Source: an uncultured Candidatus Saccharibacteria bacterium
GTDB taxonomy: Bacteria; Patescibacteriota; Minisyncoccia; Phycocordibacterales; CALRHW01
Direction: 5' to 3'
Length of the DNA stretch: 64,000 bases
Assembly (NCBI GenBank): GCA_964407105.1
Contig: CAYOUG010000001.1
Location: 164,273 to 228,272, forward strand
Shown: positions 9,639 through 19,466 of the stretch, in pieces
Position numbering within the stretch: the stretch's first letter is position 1
How the letters are laid out: each line of letters begins with the position of its first letter
Notes under the pieces: generated by a model
Databases searched by the model: none
Told to the model about the DNA's origin: nothing
The model's input: the letters and a program-made list of their open reading frames with translations, nothing else
Position numbers and translations under genes: made by a program

Positions 9639-9710
9639 TGCTCTCGGAGGGATTCGAACCCCCAACAGCGGTTCCGAAGACCGACGTGATATCCATTTCA
9701 CCACGAGAGC
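9639..9710 (-). tRNA. tRNA-Arg(TCG)
   Basis: gctctcg/cgagagc acceptor stem; anticodon loop CTTCGGA. Confidence 0.93.
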
Positions 9711-9772
9711 AAGAACAAAAACCATCATACTCCACATTGGCTAAAAATCAAAGGATATAATACAATTTCTTT

Positions 9773-11275
9773 ATGAAAAAAAACTCCAAAGCCGTCGAAG
9801 GTTCAGTGGTTTTTGCCTTCGATATTCCAAAAGAGGTTTCACATGTAACAAAAACTCTCGAGAGTGGGGGATTTGAAGCATTTCTCGTAGGAGGTTGCGT
9901 TCGTGACCTTATTTTAGGCCTTATTCCTAAAGATTGGGACGTCACAACAAATGCTACACCAGAAGAAATTATTGCTCTTTTTCCAAAAACATTTTACGAA
10001 AATACTTATGGAACGGTTGGGGTAGTAAACGAAGAAACAGAAGAAGGATCATTAAAAGTTATCGAGGTCACTCCATATAGGCTTGAAACGTCTTATACGG
10101 ACCACAGACGTCCAGACAGCGTAACATTCAGTAAAACACTCACAGATGATTTAAAACGTCGTGATTTCACGATTAACGCGATTGCACTAAATTCAAAAGG
10201 GGAGATTGTCGATCCGCACGAAGGATTAAAAGACATTTTGTCTAAAACAATTCGTACCGTAGGAAATGCAAAAGAACGCTTCAATGAAGATGCTTTGAGA
10301 ATTATGCGTGCGGTGCGTCTTTTTGCAGAACTAGATTTTACTATCGAACAAAACACATATGAAGCAATTCAAAAACTTGCTTCTACATTAGAAAAAATTG
10401 CCAAAGAACGTATTCGTGATGAATTTATAAAAATAATAATATCATCACAACCAGCAAGGGGGATAGAAATGGCTCAAAAGCTTGGTATTTTACGTTACAT
10501 TGTACCAGAACTCGAAGAGGGACTTGGTGTTAAACAAAATCAGGCTCATGCTTTTGATGTTTGGACACACCTAATGAAGACGCTTCAACACTCCGCGGAT
10601 AAAGAGTGGCCTTTGTACATTCGTCTTGCCGCACTGTTTCACGACGTAGGAAAACCAGCTACTCGACGCTTTGATAAAGCAAAAAACGATCCGACCTTTT
10701 ATGGTCATGAGGTGGTTGGAGCAAGAATGACTGAAAAAATTATGCAAAATTTGCGTTTTTCAAAAGATCTAACAGAAAGAGTTGTGAAACTCGTACGTTG
10801 GCACATGTTTTTCTCTGATACAGAACAAATCACACTCTCTGCTGTCCGTCGACTCGTTGCAAAAGTAGGAAAGGATAATGTGTGGGATCTCATGAACGTC
10901 CGAGTTTGCGATCGTATAGGCACAGGACGACCAAAAGAAAATCCATATCGTCTACGAAAATATAAATCAATGATAGAAGAGGTAATGCGCGATCCTGTAT
11001 CTGTGGGCATGCTTGCTATAGATGGAAAAAGTGTAATGGAAGCTGCTAAAATACCAGCCGGACCCAAAATCGGACATATTTTACATGCTCTTTTGGAGGA
11101 AGTACTAGAAGATCCGACACTAAATACAAAAGAATACTTGGGTAAAAAAGCTAATGAACTAGCCAAACTTTCAGAAAAAGAACTCGAAGAAATAGGTAAA
11201 AAGGGAAAAGAAAAAAAAGAAGAAGAGGATGAAAAAGATTTAAAAGAGATACGAGACAAATATCACGTAGAGTAG
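9773..11275 (+). CDS. cca: CCA-adding tRNA nucleotidyltransferase with HD domain
   Basis: VGGCVRD..DWD, DLKRRDFTINA, RFNEDALRIMR and LFHDVGK motifs. Confidence 0.92.
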   Translation: MKKNSKAVEGSVVFAFDIPKEVSHVTKTLESGGFEAFLVGGCVRDLILGLIPKDWDVTTNATPEEIIALFPKTFYENTYGTVGVVNEETEEGSLKVIEVTPYRLETSYTDHRRPDSVTFSKTLTDDLKRRDFTINAIALNSKGEIVDPHEGLKDILSKTIRTVGNAKERFNEDALRIMRAVRLFAELDFTIEQNTYEAIQKLASTLEKIAKERIRDEFIKIIISSQPARGIEMAQKLGILRYIVPELEEGLGVKQNQAHAFDVWTHLMKTLQHSADKEWPLYIRLAALFHDVGKPATRRFDKAKNDPTFYGHEVVGARMTEKIMQNLRFSKDLTERVVKLVRWHMFFSDTEQITLSAVRRLVAKVGKDNVWDLMNVRVCDRIGTGRPKENPYRLRKYKSMIEEVMRDPVSVGMLAIDGKSVMEAAKIPAGPKIGHILHALLEEVLEDPTLNTKEYLGKKANELAKLSEKELEEIGKKGKEKKEEEDEKDLKEIRDKYHVE

Positions 11276-11280
11276 AGTAT

Positions 11281-11324
11281 AAAAAAACCGCCTGATGCAG
11301 TCCTCGTGAAAGCATAAGCGGTTT
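11281..11324 (-). terminator. Terminator hairpin (U-tract on the - strand; may also stop cca)
   Basis: aaaaaaaccgc...gcggttt stem. Confidence 0.6.
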
Positions 11325-11509
11325 GAAGAATCCGCTCAGAATATCACAACAAGTAGAGGATCTATATCTCAAAATGTGGAGAAAAGTTGAAGATATATAT
11401 GTCCTATGTAACTCATGTGACCCAAGCGACCTTCGCGGGGTGGCCTACCCATTCTAGACAGAACGTGAGGGATTTGTCTTTTATTTTTTATGATTAGCAC
11501 AGATTCCTC
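11325..11509 (-). ncRNA. Candidate ~185-nt structured ncRNA (6S-sized)
   Basis: Own promoter (TTGCAT-16-TATACT with extended TG, 11525-11552 rc); closing stems gaggaatctg/cggattcttc and atcataa/ttgtgat; terminator downstream. Confidence 0.55.
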
Positions 11510-11602
11510 CCCGATTCCTTCTAGAGTATATCATCACATAAAAGACATGCAAATATTTTGTGTGGATAACTTGTCTTTTATAAAAAAGTTGTCAAGTGTT
11601 TT

Positions 11603-12376
11603 TTATTTTTCTTTTAGATAAAGGACAATTGGACAATGATCTGAGCCGTATACTTGATCAAAGATATCCATTGATTGAACCTCAGAAATAATTTCTGAAG
11701 AAACAAAAAAATAATCTATACGCCAGCCCACATTGCGTTCACGCGCCGATGTTTTCATGTCCCAATACGTATAAGCATCTTTTTTTTCTGGATAAAAGTA
11801 TCTGAAAACATCTACAAATCCATTTTTTACAACGTCATCAATCCACGCACGTTCGATCGGTAAAAATCCTGTATTTTCTTCATTTTGCTTTGGTCGAGCA
11901 AGATCTATTTCTGTATGCGCAGTATTTATATCTCCGCAAAAAATAATATTGTGGCCTTTTTTGCGCAATTTATTGATGTATTTTAGAAATTCTTTATAAA
12001 ATTCAAGCTTATACTCAAGACGTACTGGCCCACCACCACCGTTGGGGAAGTATACGTTGATAAACACAAAATCTTTAAAATACACAGTCACAAGACGACC
12101 TTCGCGGTCGAGCACATCTACACCCATTTCGTATTCCACTTTCTCTGGCTTCACTTTTGAATAAATAGCGACACCACTGTATCCTTTTTTTTCCTTAGGA
12201 AAATCGAAAAATGAGTGGTATCCCGCTGGATTTCGTACTTCATCAGGTAGCTGATCTGGATTTGCCTTTGTCTCTTGTAAACAGAAAATGTCGGCCTTTT
12301 GCGTCAAAAGCCAATCCCATTGACCTTTTTTATGAAGCGCACGTATGCCGTTTACATTCCAAGAAATGAATTTCAT
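11603..12376 (-). CDS. xth: Exodeoxyribonuclease III
   Basis: SWNVNGIR, LQETK, GDIN.AH, WRIDY and SDHCP motifs. Confidence 0.96.
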   Translation of the reverse strand: MKFISWNVNGIRALHKKGQWDWLLTQKADIFCLQETKANPDQLPDEVRNPAGYHSFFDFPKEKKGYSGVAIYSKVKPEKVEYEMGVDVLDREGRLVTVYFKDFVFINVYFPNGGGGPVRLEYKLEFYKEFLKYINKLRKKGHNIIFCGDINTAHTEIDLARPKQNEENTGFLPIERAWIDDVVKNGFVDVFRYFYPEKKDAYTYWDMKTSARERNVGWRIDYFFVSSEIISEVQSMDIFDQVYGSDHCPIVLYLKEK

Positions 12377-12412
12377 GCACTTAATTGTAGACTACCAAGA
12401 AGCATTTTGCAC

Positions 12413-13402
12413 TTATTTCTTATTATGAAACTTTTTATGCACTTCGCGGAGGTGTTTGTCAGTAAGATGAGTATAAATCTGTGTCGTACCAATGTTTGCA
12501 TGACCCAAAAGCATCTGCACAGAACGAAGATCGGCTCCATTTTGAAGTAAATCCGTCGCAAATGAGTGACGAATGACGTGTGGCGTCACTTTTTTAGTAA
12601 TCCCAGCTTTTATAGCGTAATATTTTACCAAACGTTCCACCGAGCGGGGAGTAAGGCGTGTGTCGTCTTTGTTTCCAACGTTTTTACCAAATTGTACAAA
12701 AAGTGCATCGTCAACATCCGTCCTCTTTGCGAGATATTTTTTAAGAGAATTTTTGGCATTATCCGAAAGAAATACCACACGCACCTTTTCGCCCTTACCG
12801 CGCACAGAAAACTCTTCACTTTTTAAATCTAAATCGCGTGTGAGGGAACAAAGCTCTGAAACACGTAGTCCTGTAGAGAAAAGAAGCTCTAAGATAGCAG
12901 CATCACGTAGAGATTTTACATCCTCTCCCTTTGGAGCAGACATGAGGCGGTCGAGTTCATCACGAGAAATGAGATCTATAGAACGTTCGGCTACTTTTGC
13001 AAGCTCTATTTGGTCTGGGTGCAAAGAAACAACCCTTCGACGAGCTAAATATTTTAAAAATGAACGTAACGCAATAAGATAATAATTTTGAGTGCGTTTT
13101 TTAAGACTGTCTGCACCGCCCTGTACACCAGCTTCTTTTTTGCCGGATTTTTGACGATTGAGCCACAGGCGATACTCACGCAAGACAGAGTCGTTGATAT
13201 CAGATGGGTTTTTCACCTTTGAAAATTCGAAAAAACGATCCAAATAGTGTTCATAATTTTGCACCGTTTTTAAACTGCGACCTTTTTCAATCTCTATATA
13301 TTCGAGATATTGACGTTTAAGTTCGGTCAGTTCGCTTTTTTGCTGACTTTCAGTTTTTTCGACCGGTTTTTCATTTTTTTTTAAATTTTTCTCTTGAGGC
13401 AT
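12413..13402 (-). CDS. XerC/D-family tyrosine recombinase
   Basis: TGLRVSEL, GKG.K.R, H..RHSFAT.LL..GADLR.VQ.LLGH....TTQIY. Confidence 0.92.
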   Translation of the reverse strand: MPQEKNLKKNEKPVEKTESQQKSELTELKRQYLEYIEIEKGRSLKTVQNYEHYLDRFFEFSKVKNPSDINDSVLREYRLWLNRQKSGKKEAGVQGGADSLKKRTQNYYLIALRSFLKYLARRRVVSLHPDQIELAKVAERSIDLISRDELDRLMSAPKGEDVKSLRDAAILELLFSTGLRVSELCSLTRDLDLKSEEFSVRGKGEKVRVVFLSDNAKNSLKKYLAKRTDVDDALFVQFGKNVGNKDDTRLTPRSVERLVKYYAIKAGITKKVTPHVIRHSFATDLLQNGADLRSVQMLLGHANIGTTQIYTHLTDKHLREVHKKFHNKK

Positions 13403-13466
13403 AAAATATTTTGCGACACTACTTATAGTATCACCAATAACAATTAGTATGCTAGAATATATTTTA

Positions 13467-14831
13467 ATGATTTCTCAAGAGGTGATCGTTCTTATATTAT
13501 TTGTATTAAGCTGCGCACAACTTATCTTTCTCGTTCGAAAATTGAAGTGGTCAGTATTTAAACAAAATATGTCGTCATATTTAATGCCGACATTTTCGGT
13601 TGTAACTTTTTATCTCTCATTATTTGTGCTTTTTATCAGTATCATTGAAGGTGTTGTGTTTGTGTTGCTTCCATTGATTGGATATTCATTGTCAAGCCAT
13701 TTCTCTGTTATCCGTGGTAATGGTTGGGGTACTCTTCTATTTTTAATTTATATATTATACCCAACACTTATTCTGTACACTTTTTTTACAACACTTGGAT
13801 GTATAGGACTTTTTATACACAAAATCACATCAGGATCATGGAAACGTATGCCAATGTGGCTCGTTGCATTTCTTGTAAGTACAATTGCTCTTCTTTCGAT
13901 GTTTGGACTTGTGATTTTTGTTTCTGATTTTTTTGACAACGTCATACAACGTTGGATTTCAAAAACGCTTACCTTATTTTATCGTGAATACGATCATGCT
14001 CCGTCACCTTTCTCTATAGTTTTCATATATCTTATGTTTTTGATTCAGGCAATAATTTCAGTTGCATACGCTTTTCGTCTCCGGGGGAGAGCGTGGTTTT
14101 ATTGGTTTTTAGCATTAATACACTCCATCTCGTTTTTGATTAGTTTCGGTGTAAATTCTTTTTTTCCATATCTTTTTATCATTACTCCCGCTTCGATAAT
14201 TGCAGCAATCGTATACGCACTTCATGGTAGTATTCATCCAAAGAAAATTATTGTTACAGGACTTATTATGATTGGGGTGTGTGCAATTATTACAGGGACA
14301 ATGATTGGACCAAATATTGCATCGTTTATTCGATACGGTATTGCTGGAGAAATAACTCTGCATATTGATTGCCCAGAATGTGTTGGTGATTCTCAGGTGT
14401 ACAAAATGACTGAACTTATGTTGTGTTCAAAAAATACTCTTTCTCAGGTAATGGATGGTAAGTTATCTGATCCGACTGATTTTTACACGAGCACCAGACA
14501 AGAGTTTTCATTTCCTTTATGCAATGCTGGCGGTACATGCCTACCATTCACTTGTGCAGTAAACAAGCGAGGCAATACGGCGGTAATAGGACATGAATTT
14601 TATTCAAGACCAGAAGTATGCTCAACTATAAAAATCTTTGATTCGCGAACATGGACAGCAAAAAACTTTAATGAATTTAAAACTCCACAGAATTGCGAGC
14701 AAAAATGTAATTCTATTGTTACAGCAAATAATAACAATTTCTGTTTGGGGCGATCTTTTGAATCATACAGTTCTCCACACCCCTTTGTAGAAAAAGTGTA
14801 TACCTGCGGATGTGTTATTAATACTTTGTAA
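13467..14831 (+). CDS. Polytopic membrane protein with Cys-rich C-terminal domain
   Basis: About 8 hydrophobic segments, then about 12 Cys in the last 155 aa. Confidence 0.7.
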   Translation: MISQEVIVLILFVLSCAQLIFLVRKLKWSVFKQNMSSYLMPTFSVVTFYLSLFVLFISIIEGVVFVLLPLIGYSLSSHFSVIRGNGWGTLLFLIYILYPTLILYTFFTTLGCIGLFIHKITSGSWKRMPMWLVAFLVSTIALLSMFGLVIFVSDFFDNVIQRWISKTLTLFYREYDHAPSPFSIVFIYLMFLIQAIISVAYAFRLRGRAWFYWFLALIHSISFLISFGVNSFFPYLFIITPASIIAAIVYALHGSIHPKKIIVTGLIMIGVCAIITGTMIGPNIASFIRYGIAGEITLHIDCPECVGDSQVYKMTELMLCSKNTLSQVMDGKLSDPTDFYTSTRQEFSFPLCNAGGTCLPFTCAVNKRGNTAVIGHEFYSRPEVCSTIKIFDSRTWTAKNFNEFKTPQNCEQKCNSIVTANNNNFCLGRSFESYSSPHPFVEKVYTCGCVINTL

Positions 14832-14906
14832 TAACCAATAGATCTCCTAGACACAACACGAAATAAAGGCACTCACAAGAGGATGCTTGTGCTAGAATAT
14901 AAACAT

Positions 14907-15821
14907 ATGAAAACAACAATCATTACGCTTGTCATTATTATTATCGCGGGTTTAGGTTTTTATTTCTTTAGCCAAAAAAATTCAAATCAACAAAATTTAG
15001 TAACAGAACAAAACACACCAGTTACAGTTGTACCGCCCGTAGCTACCACAACTGAAGTAAAAGAACTTGCAAACGGCGAAACATTCGTTCTTGGCACATC
15101 AGTAGAAAAACGAGACATCGTTGCATACAATTTTGGTAAAGGAGACAAAGAACTTATTTTCATTGGAGGCATTCATGGTGGATATGCATGGAACACAGCT
15201 CTCTTGGGATACGAAATGGTTGATTATTTAACCAAAAATCCAAACACGATACCAGAAGGCACAAAAATAACAGTCGTTCCAGTATTAAATCCAGACGGTC
15301 TTTTTAAAACAGTTGGTACCTCAACCCGTTTTTCAGCAAAAGATGTTCCATCTTCTACAAGTTTACAAACCGCTGGACGTTTTAACGCAAACACCGTTGA
15401 TCTCAACCGCAATTTTGATTGTGATTGGCAAGCTTCTAGTAAATGGCAAAACAAAACAGTAAGCGGTGGCACCAAAGCTTTCTCAGAACCAGAAACACTT
15501 GCTCTTAAAAATTATGTAGAAAAAAACAAACCCGCAGCAGTGGTAGCATACTATAGTGCTGCCGGAGGAGTATTTGCATCAAATTGTCACAATGGCGTAT
15601 CAACAGAAACACAAGCACTCACAAAAGCTTACTCTGATGCGTCTGAATACAAGGCATACCAAGATTTCGATTTCTACGAAACAACAGGCGACATGACCAA
15701 CTGGCTAGCAAAAATTAACATTCCTGCAATCAGCGTTCTTCTTACAAATCACACAGACACTGAGTGGACAAAAAACAAAGCGGGTATCGACGCATTGTTA
15801 AAATATTTCTCTAACAAATAG
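14907..15821 (+). CDS. M14 zinc carboxypeptidase homologue, predicted inactive
   Basis: NPDG, RFNANTVDLNRNF and SEPET present, but HGGYA, YYS and ISVLL replace catalytic residues. Confidence 0.85.
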   Translation: MKTTIITLVIIIIAGLGFYFFSQKNSNQQNLVTEQNTPVTVVPPVATTTEVKELANGETFVLGTSVEKRDIVAYNFGKGDKELIFIGGIHGGYAWNTALLGYEMVDYLTKNPNTIPEGTKITVVPVLNPDGLFKTVGTSTRFSAKDVPSSTSLQTAGRFNANTVDLNRNFDCDWQASSKWQNKTVSGGTKAFSEPETLALKNYVEKNKPAAVVAYYSAAGGVFASNCHNGVSTETQALTKAYSDASEYKAYQDFDFYETTGDMTNWLAKINIPAISVLLTNHTDTEWTKNKAGIDALLKYFSNK

Positions 15822-15827
15822 CAAGTA

Positions 15828-16712
15828 ATGGGATCAATTTCAATCAAGAAGATTCTTATACTTCTTTGTGTTGTATTTGTATTAGGTATTGGTGCGGTTA
15901 CAACGTTAAACCGCAAAAACACACCCACAGTAATTCAGCCGACAGTTGAAAAAGTTTCTGTTACATATCCAATAGAAAAAGTGATCGGTAAGTCGGTGGA
16001 AGGAAGAAATATTTCTGCATATACTTACGGAAACGGACAAAAAAATCTCGTTTTTGTAGGCGGTATTCATGGTGGCTATGAGTGGAACAGTGTTTTGCTC
16101 GCTTATGAATTCATGGATTATTTAAAAGCAAACCCCGCAATAATTCCAGAAAAAATTAAGGTGACCGTCATTCCGTCCCTAAATCCTGATGCGGTTTTTA
16201 AGGTTGTGAACAAAGAAGGACATTTTGTTGCAACAGACGTATCAAAAAATGAAGAACTTCTCTCCTCTGCACGTTTTAACACTCACAACGTAGACCTCAA
16301 TCGCAATTTTGATTGCAATTGGGCATCAACGAGCATGTGGAAATCAAAAGTAGTAAGCGCGGGTACTGCGCCACATTCTGAACCAGAAGCAAAAGCTTTT
16401 GTGGATTTTGCTCTTGCAGAAAAACCAGCAATGGTTCTTTTCTGGCATAGTCAAGCTGGTGCAGTGTATGCCTCTTTCTGTGATGGGGAAATTTTGCCTG
16501 AAACAGACACACTGTATAAAGCATACTCAGCGACTTCTGGATACAAAGCCGAAAAAACATTCACAAATTATTCAATCTCTGGTGACGCGGGGGATTGGCT
16601 TGCAAAAATTGGTATTCCCGCTATTTCTGTAGAGCTCACCGACCACCAAAACACTGAGTTTGAGCGAAACTTAAAGGGAATATTGGCGTTATTTGAATAC
16701 TTTAAGAAATAG
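15828..16712 (+). CDS. M14 zinc carboxypeptidase (MpaA-like), membrane anchored
   Basis: HGGYE, VDLNRNF, WHS and ISVEL motifs. Confidence 0.88.
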   Translation: MGSISIKKILILLCVVFVLGIGAVTTLNRKNTPTVIQPTVEKVSVTYPIEKVIGKSVEGRNISAYTYGNGQKNLVFVGGIHGGYEWNSVLLAYEFMDYLKANPAIIPEKIKVTVIPSLNPDAVFKVVNKEGHFVATDVSKNEELLSSARFNTHNVDLNRNFDCNWASTSMWKSKVVSAGTAPHSEPEAKAFVDFALAEKPAMVLFWHSQAGAVYASFCDGEILPETDTLYKAYSATSGYKAEKTFTNYSISGDAGDWLAKIGIPAISVELTDHQNTEFERNLKGILALFEYFKK

Positions 16713-16733
16713 AGGCTGGCGTTTGAACATCGT

Positions 16734-16854
16734 AAGAAAAACCCCCTAAAATGTGTTTCGAAAACCACGCATAAATCGCTGCTGCGATTTTGCTACGCTC
16801 GGCGCCGTTGCGCCTGCGCGATGCTTTTCTCAACATATTTTAGGGGGTTTTCTT
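16734..16854 (+). repeat. Palindromic element family B, copy 2
   Basis: Arms aagaaaaaccccctaaaatgtgtt / aacatattttagggggttttctt; core aaatcgctgctgcgattttgctacgctcggcgccgttgcgcctgcgcga. Confidence 0.92.
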
Positions 16855-16890
16855 GCATTTATATGGCATTTATGCTATTCTCATCACACA

Positions 16891-17163
16891 ATGCTTACGA
16901 AAACAAAGAAACAAAAGGTTATTGCGGTGGCAAAAATCCACGATGTGGATACGGGCTCACCGGAAGTTCAAATCGCCCTCCTTTCTAAAAGAATCGAGGA
17001 TTTAGCGGCTCATTTAAAGAAAAACACCAAAGATACTCATTCTCGACGTGGACTTCTTCAAATGGTGGCAGATCGCCAAAAGCACATGAAATATTTGCAG
17101 AAAAAGAGCACTAAACGCTTCAATGCAATCATGAAAAAGCTTGAACTCAAGAAAAAAGCCTAA
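16891..17163 (+). CDS. rpsO: 30S ribosomal protein S15
   Basis: DTGSPEVQIALL...HSRRGLL. Confidence 0.97.
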   Translation: MLTKTKKQKVIAVAKIHDVDTGSPEVQIALLSKRIEDLAAHLKKNTKDTHSRRGLLQMVADRQKHMKYLQKKSTKRFNAIMKKLELKKKA

Positions 17164-17180
17164 GTCAACTAATCAGTTTT

Positions 17181-17209
17181 CAAAAAAGCAACCACGAGGT
17201 GCTTTTTTG
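17181..17209 (+). terminator. Terminator after rpsO
   Basis: caaaaaagca-accacgagg-tgcttttttg. Confidence 0.7.
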
Positions 17210-17361
17210 TTTGATATACTAAAGTAGCGCGGGTCGATATTTCGCGCCGATCTTTGAAAAATTATTTTCATACGTATTTCATAAGCATTCGCCGACAACG
17301 GCACATTTTAAAACTTAAAACCTTTTAAAATATTTAAAAAAATAAAACACCATTTAAAAAA

Positions 17362-17979
17362 ATGACAGTTATAAAACACAAAAATCAACGAGTAGGAATT
17401 TTTATCGATACTCAAAATCTTTATCATAGTGCAAAAAATTTATACAAAGCACGCGTCAACTTTGGACAAGTAGTAAAAGATGCATTGGCAGGCAGATCAC
17501 TCATCCGCGCAGTAGCGTATGTGATTACCACAGAATCAGGAGAAGAAAAAAACTTTTTTGAAGCTCTTGGAAAAGTGGGAATTGAAACAAAAACAAAAAA
17601 TCTTCAAATATTTGCTGGTGGAGCAAAAAAAGCAGACTGGGATGTAGGCCTTGCTGTAGACGCAATTTCACTTGCGCCAAAACTCGACACAGTTATTATC
17701 GTATCGGGCGACGGAGACTTTGTGCCACTTGTAGAATATTTAAAAATTAACGAGGGGTGCCAGGTAGAAGCGGTTGCGTTTGGAAAATCTTCATCAGCAA
17801 AACTTATTGAAGCGGCAGACGACTTTATTGATCTCGACAACAATCCAAGAAAATATTTAATGAATTTTGGACGCACACCAATACAACACGACACACGTCG
17901 AAGACAGGGAAGAGGAGACGCAACACAAGACGAAACGTATAACGAAACGTTTGAAGAATCCGCAACAGAAACCCAATAA
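17362..17979 (+). CDS. NYN domain (LabA/DUF88) protein
   Basis: IFIDTQN, K.DWDVGLAVD, SGDGDFVPL and L..AADDFI motifs. Confidence 0.9.
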   Translation: MTVIKHKNQRVGIFIDTQNLYHSAKNLYKARVNFGQVVKDALAGRSLIRAVAYVITTESGEEKNFFEALGKVGIETKTKNLQIFAGGAKKADWDVGLAVDAISLAPKLDTVIIVSGDGDFVPLVEYLKINEGCQVEAVAFGKSSSAKLIEAADDFIDLDNNPRKYLMNFGRTPIQHDTRRRQGRGDATQDETYNETFEESATETQ

Positions 17980-17982
17980 AAA

Positions 17983-18028
17983 ATATATCAAAAACACACC
18001 CAAGACATCAGGTGTGTTTTTGATATAT
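17983..18028. terminator. Perfect 18-bp hairpin between NYN and the next gene
   Basis: atatatcaaaaacacacc-N10-ggtgtgtttttgatatat. Confidence 0.7.
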
Positions 18029-18029
18029 A

Positions 18030-19025
18030 ATGGAAAAAACAATATATCGTATGGAACCAGATTTACTCAAACCAATAGATACAAAAACAACCACCAACGC
18101 TTCTACACCTGTACAAAAAAGTGATATTCTAAAACCTTTGCGCACATACGAACGCGACATTGCTGATTTGGTACGAGCACATCAAGTGTCAACAGTACAA
18201 ATAAATATTGCCGAACAAAAAAAAGTAGAAAAACTTCCTGAACCAGAAAAAAAACAAATACAAAAAGAGCGACAAGAAGAACGTAAAGAGTTACTTCAAA
18301 AAACAGAAGTGGTGACACGCAATTCCATTTTTTCTATACTCAGCATAATACTCATCATTATTGGCGCGTCAGTTTTTGTTTTATTTTTCATCAACAAACC
18401 AAACAGCATCACAACGAATACAACAAACCCAGAATTAATAACATCTATTCCGAGTGATTTGGAATACGGCATTGTACTTGATATTTCAACACAACCACAA
18501 CTCGCAAAACAATTTTCAGATTTAGTACAATCAACAAAAGATAATTCTTTAACTCATGTAAAATTTTTGGTGGGCACTATTAATAATGTAAAAGAGGCGA
18601 GCCCAGAAACATTTTTTAGAGCAACAGCACCAAATATTCCAGCCTCACTTACACGCGCACTTAACACAACAATGTTTGCTGGAATTTATGCAAACAATGA
18701 TAAACATCCGTTTTTTATTATAAGTGTTGATACTTTTGATAAAGCTTTTGAGGGAATGCTGGAGTGGGAAAAAAACATGTATCAAGATTTTGGAATATTT
18801 GTGCGCACAAACAAAACAAATTCTTCTGTCGCTTTTGGCACACCACCTTTTGTATTTGAAGATGAAATTATACAAAACAAAGATACTCGCATATTAAAAA
18901 ATAATCAGGGTGAAGTGGTAATGATTTACTCATTCATTGATGAACAAACGCTTTTTATTGTTGACAATGAAGAAACTTTTAAAGAAATTCTAAATCGATT
19001 TTCTTCAGCAAAATTTGTGCGATAA
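18030..19025 (+). CDS. Single-pass membrane hypothetical protein (start may be 18051)
   Basis: 331-aa ORF with one TM segment; LRTYERDIA N-terminal motif. Confidence 0.75.
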   Translation: MEKTIYRMEPDLLKPIDTKTTTNASTPVQKSDILKPLRTYERDIADLVRAHQVSTVQINIAEQKKVEKLPEPEKKQIQKERQEERKELLQKTEVVTRNSIFSILSIILIIIGASVFVLFFINKPNSITTNTTNPELITSIPSDLEYGIVLDISTQPQLAKQFSDLVQSTKDNSLTHVKFLVGTINNVKEASPETFFRATAPNIPASLTRALNTTMFAGIYANNDKHPFFIISVDTFDKAFEGMLEWEKNMYQDFGIFVRTNKTNSSVAFGTPPFVFEDEIIQNKDTRILKNNQGEVVMIYSFIDEQTLFIVDNEETFKEILNRFSSAKFVR

Positions 19026-19081
19026 TTTTTTCTCTAGCGTATTTGTGTGTGGGTTGCGAGGGTTATGTATTCTGCTATGAT

Positions 19082-19453
19082 ATGGAACATATGACAGAAA
19101 TAAATACAACACATTTCAAAGAAAAACTTGAAACAGAATTAGCAAAAGTGAAAGCTGAACTTAAAACGGTTGGTATAGAAGATCCAGCAAGTCATGATTG
19201 GCAAGCATCACCACCAAGCACAGATGACACTTCTTCAGCAGATGAAAATGAGATGGCTGATCGAATAGAAGAGTATGAAGATAACGCTGGAATTTTAAAA
19301 GAACTAGAAATTCAATATAACGAAATTGTAGTAGCACTTAAAAAAATTGAAGCTGGTACTTATGGTATTTGTGAAATAGACGGTGGACAAATAGAGCACG
19401 AAAGACTTGAGGCAAATCCAGGAGCAACAACGTGCATGAAACACATGAAGTAG
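19082..19453 (+). CDS. DksA/TraR family protein
   Basis: AL.KI..GTYGICE..G..I..ERLEANP.A.TC. Confidence 0.88.
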   Translation: MEHMTEINTTHFKEKLETELAKVKAELKTVGIEDPASHDWQASPPSTDDTSSADENEMADRIEEYEDNAGILKELEIQYNEIVVALKKIEAGTYGICEIDGGQIEHERLEANPGATTCMKHMK

Positions 19454-19466
19454 GTTGCTGGTGTTT

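Noticed and set aside
11292-11318. Hammerhead-like CTGATG...GAAA
   Set aside because: The core reads CTGATGC rather than CTGATGA and stems I-III cannot be formed; a terminator hairpin explains it
12413-13402. Prophage or island integrase
   Set aside because: XerC/D-type motifs, host-like composition, coupling to xth, and no att repeats or phage genes
16753-16890. N-terminal extension of S15
   Set aside because: The frame reads through a family B repeat; canonical S15 begins at 16891
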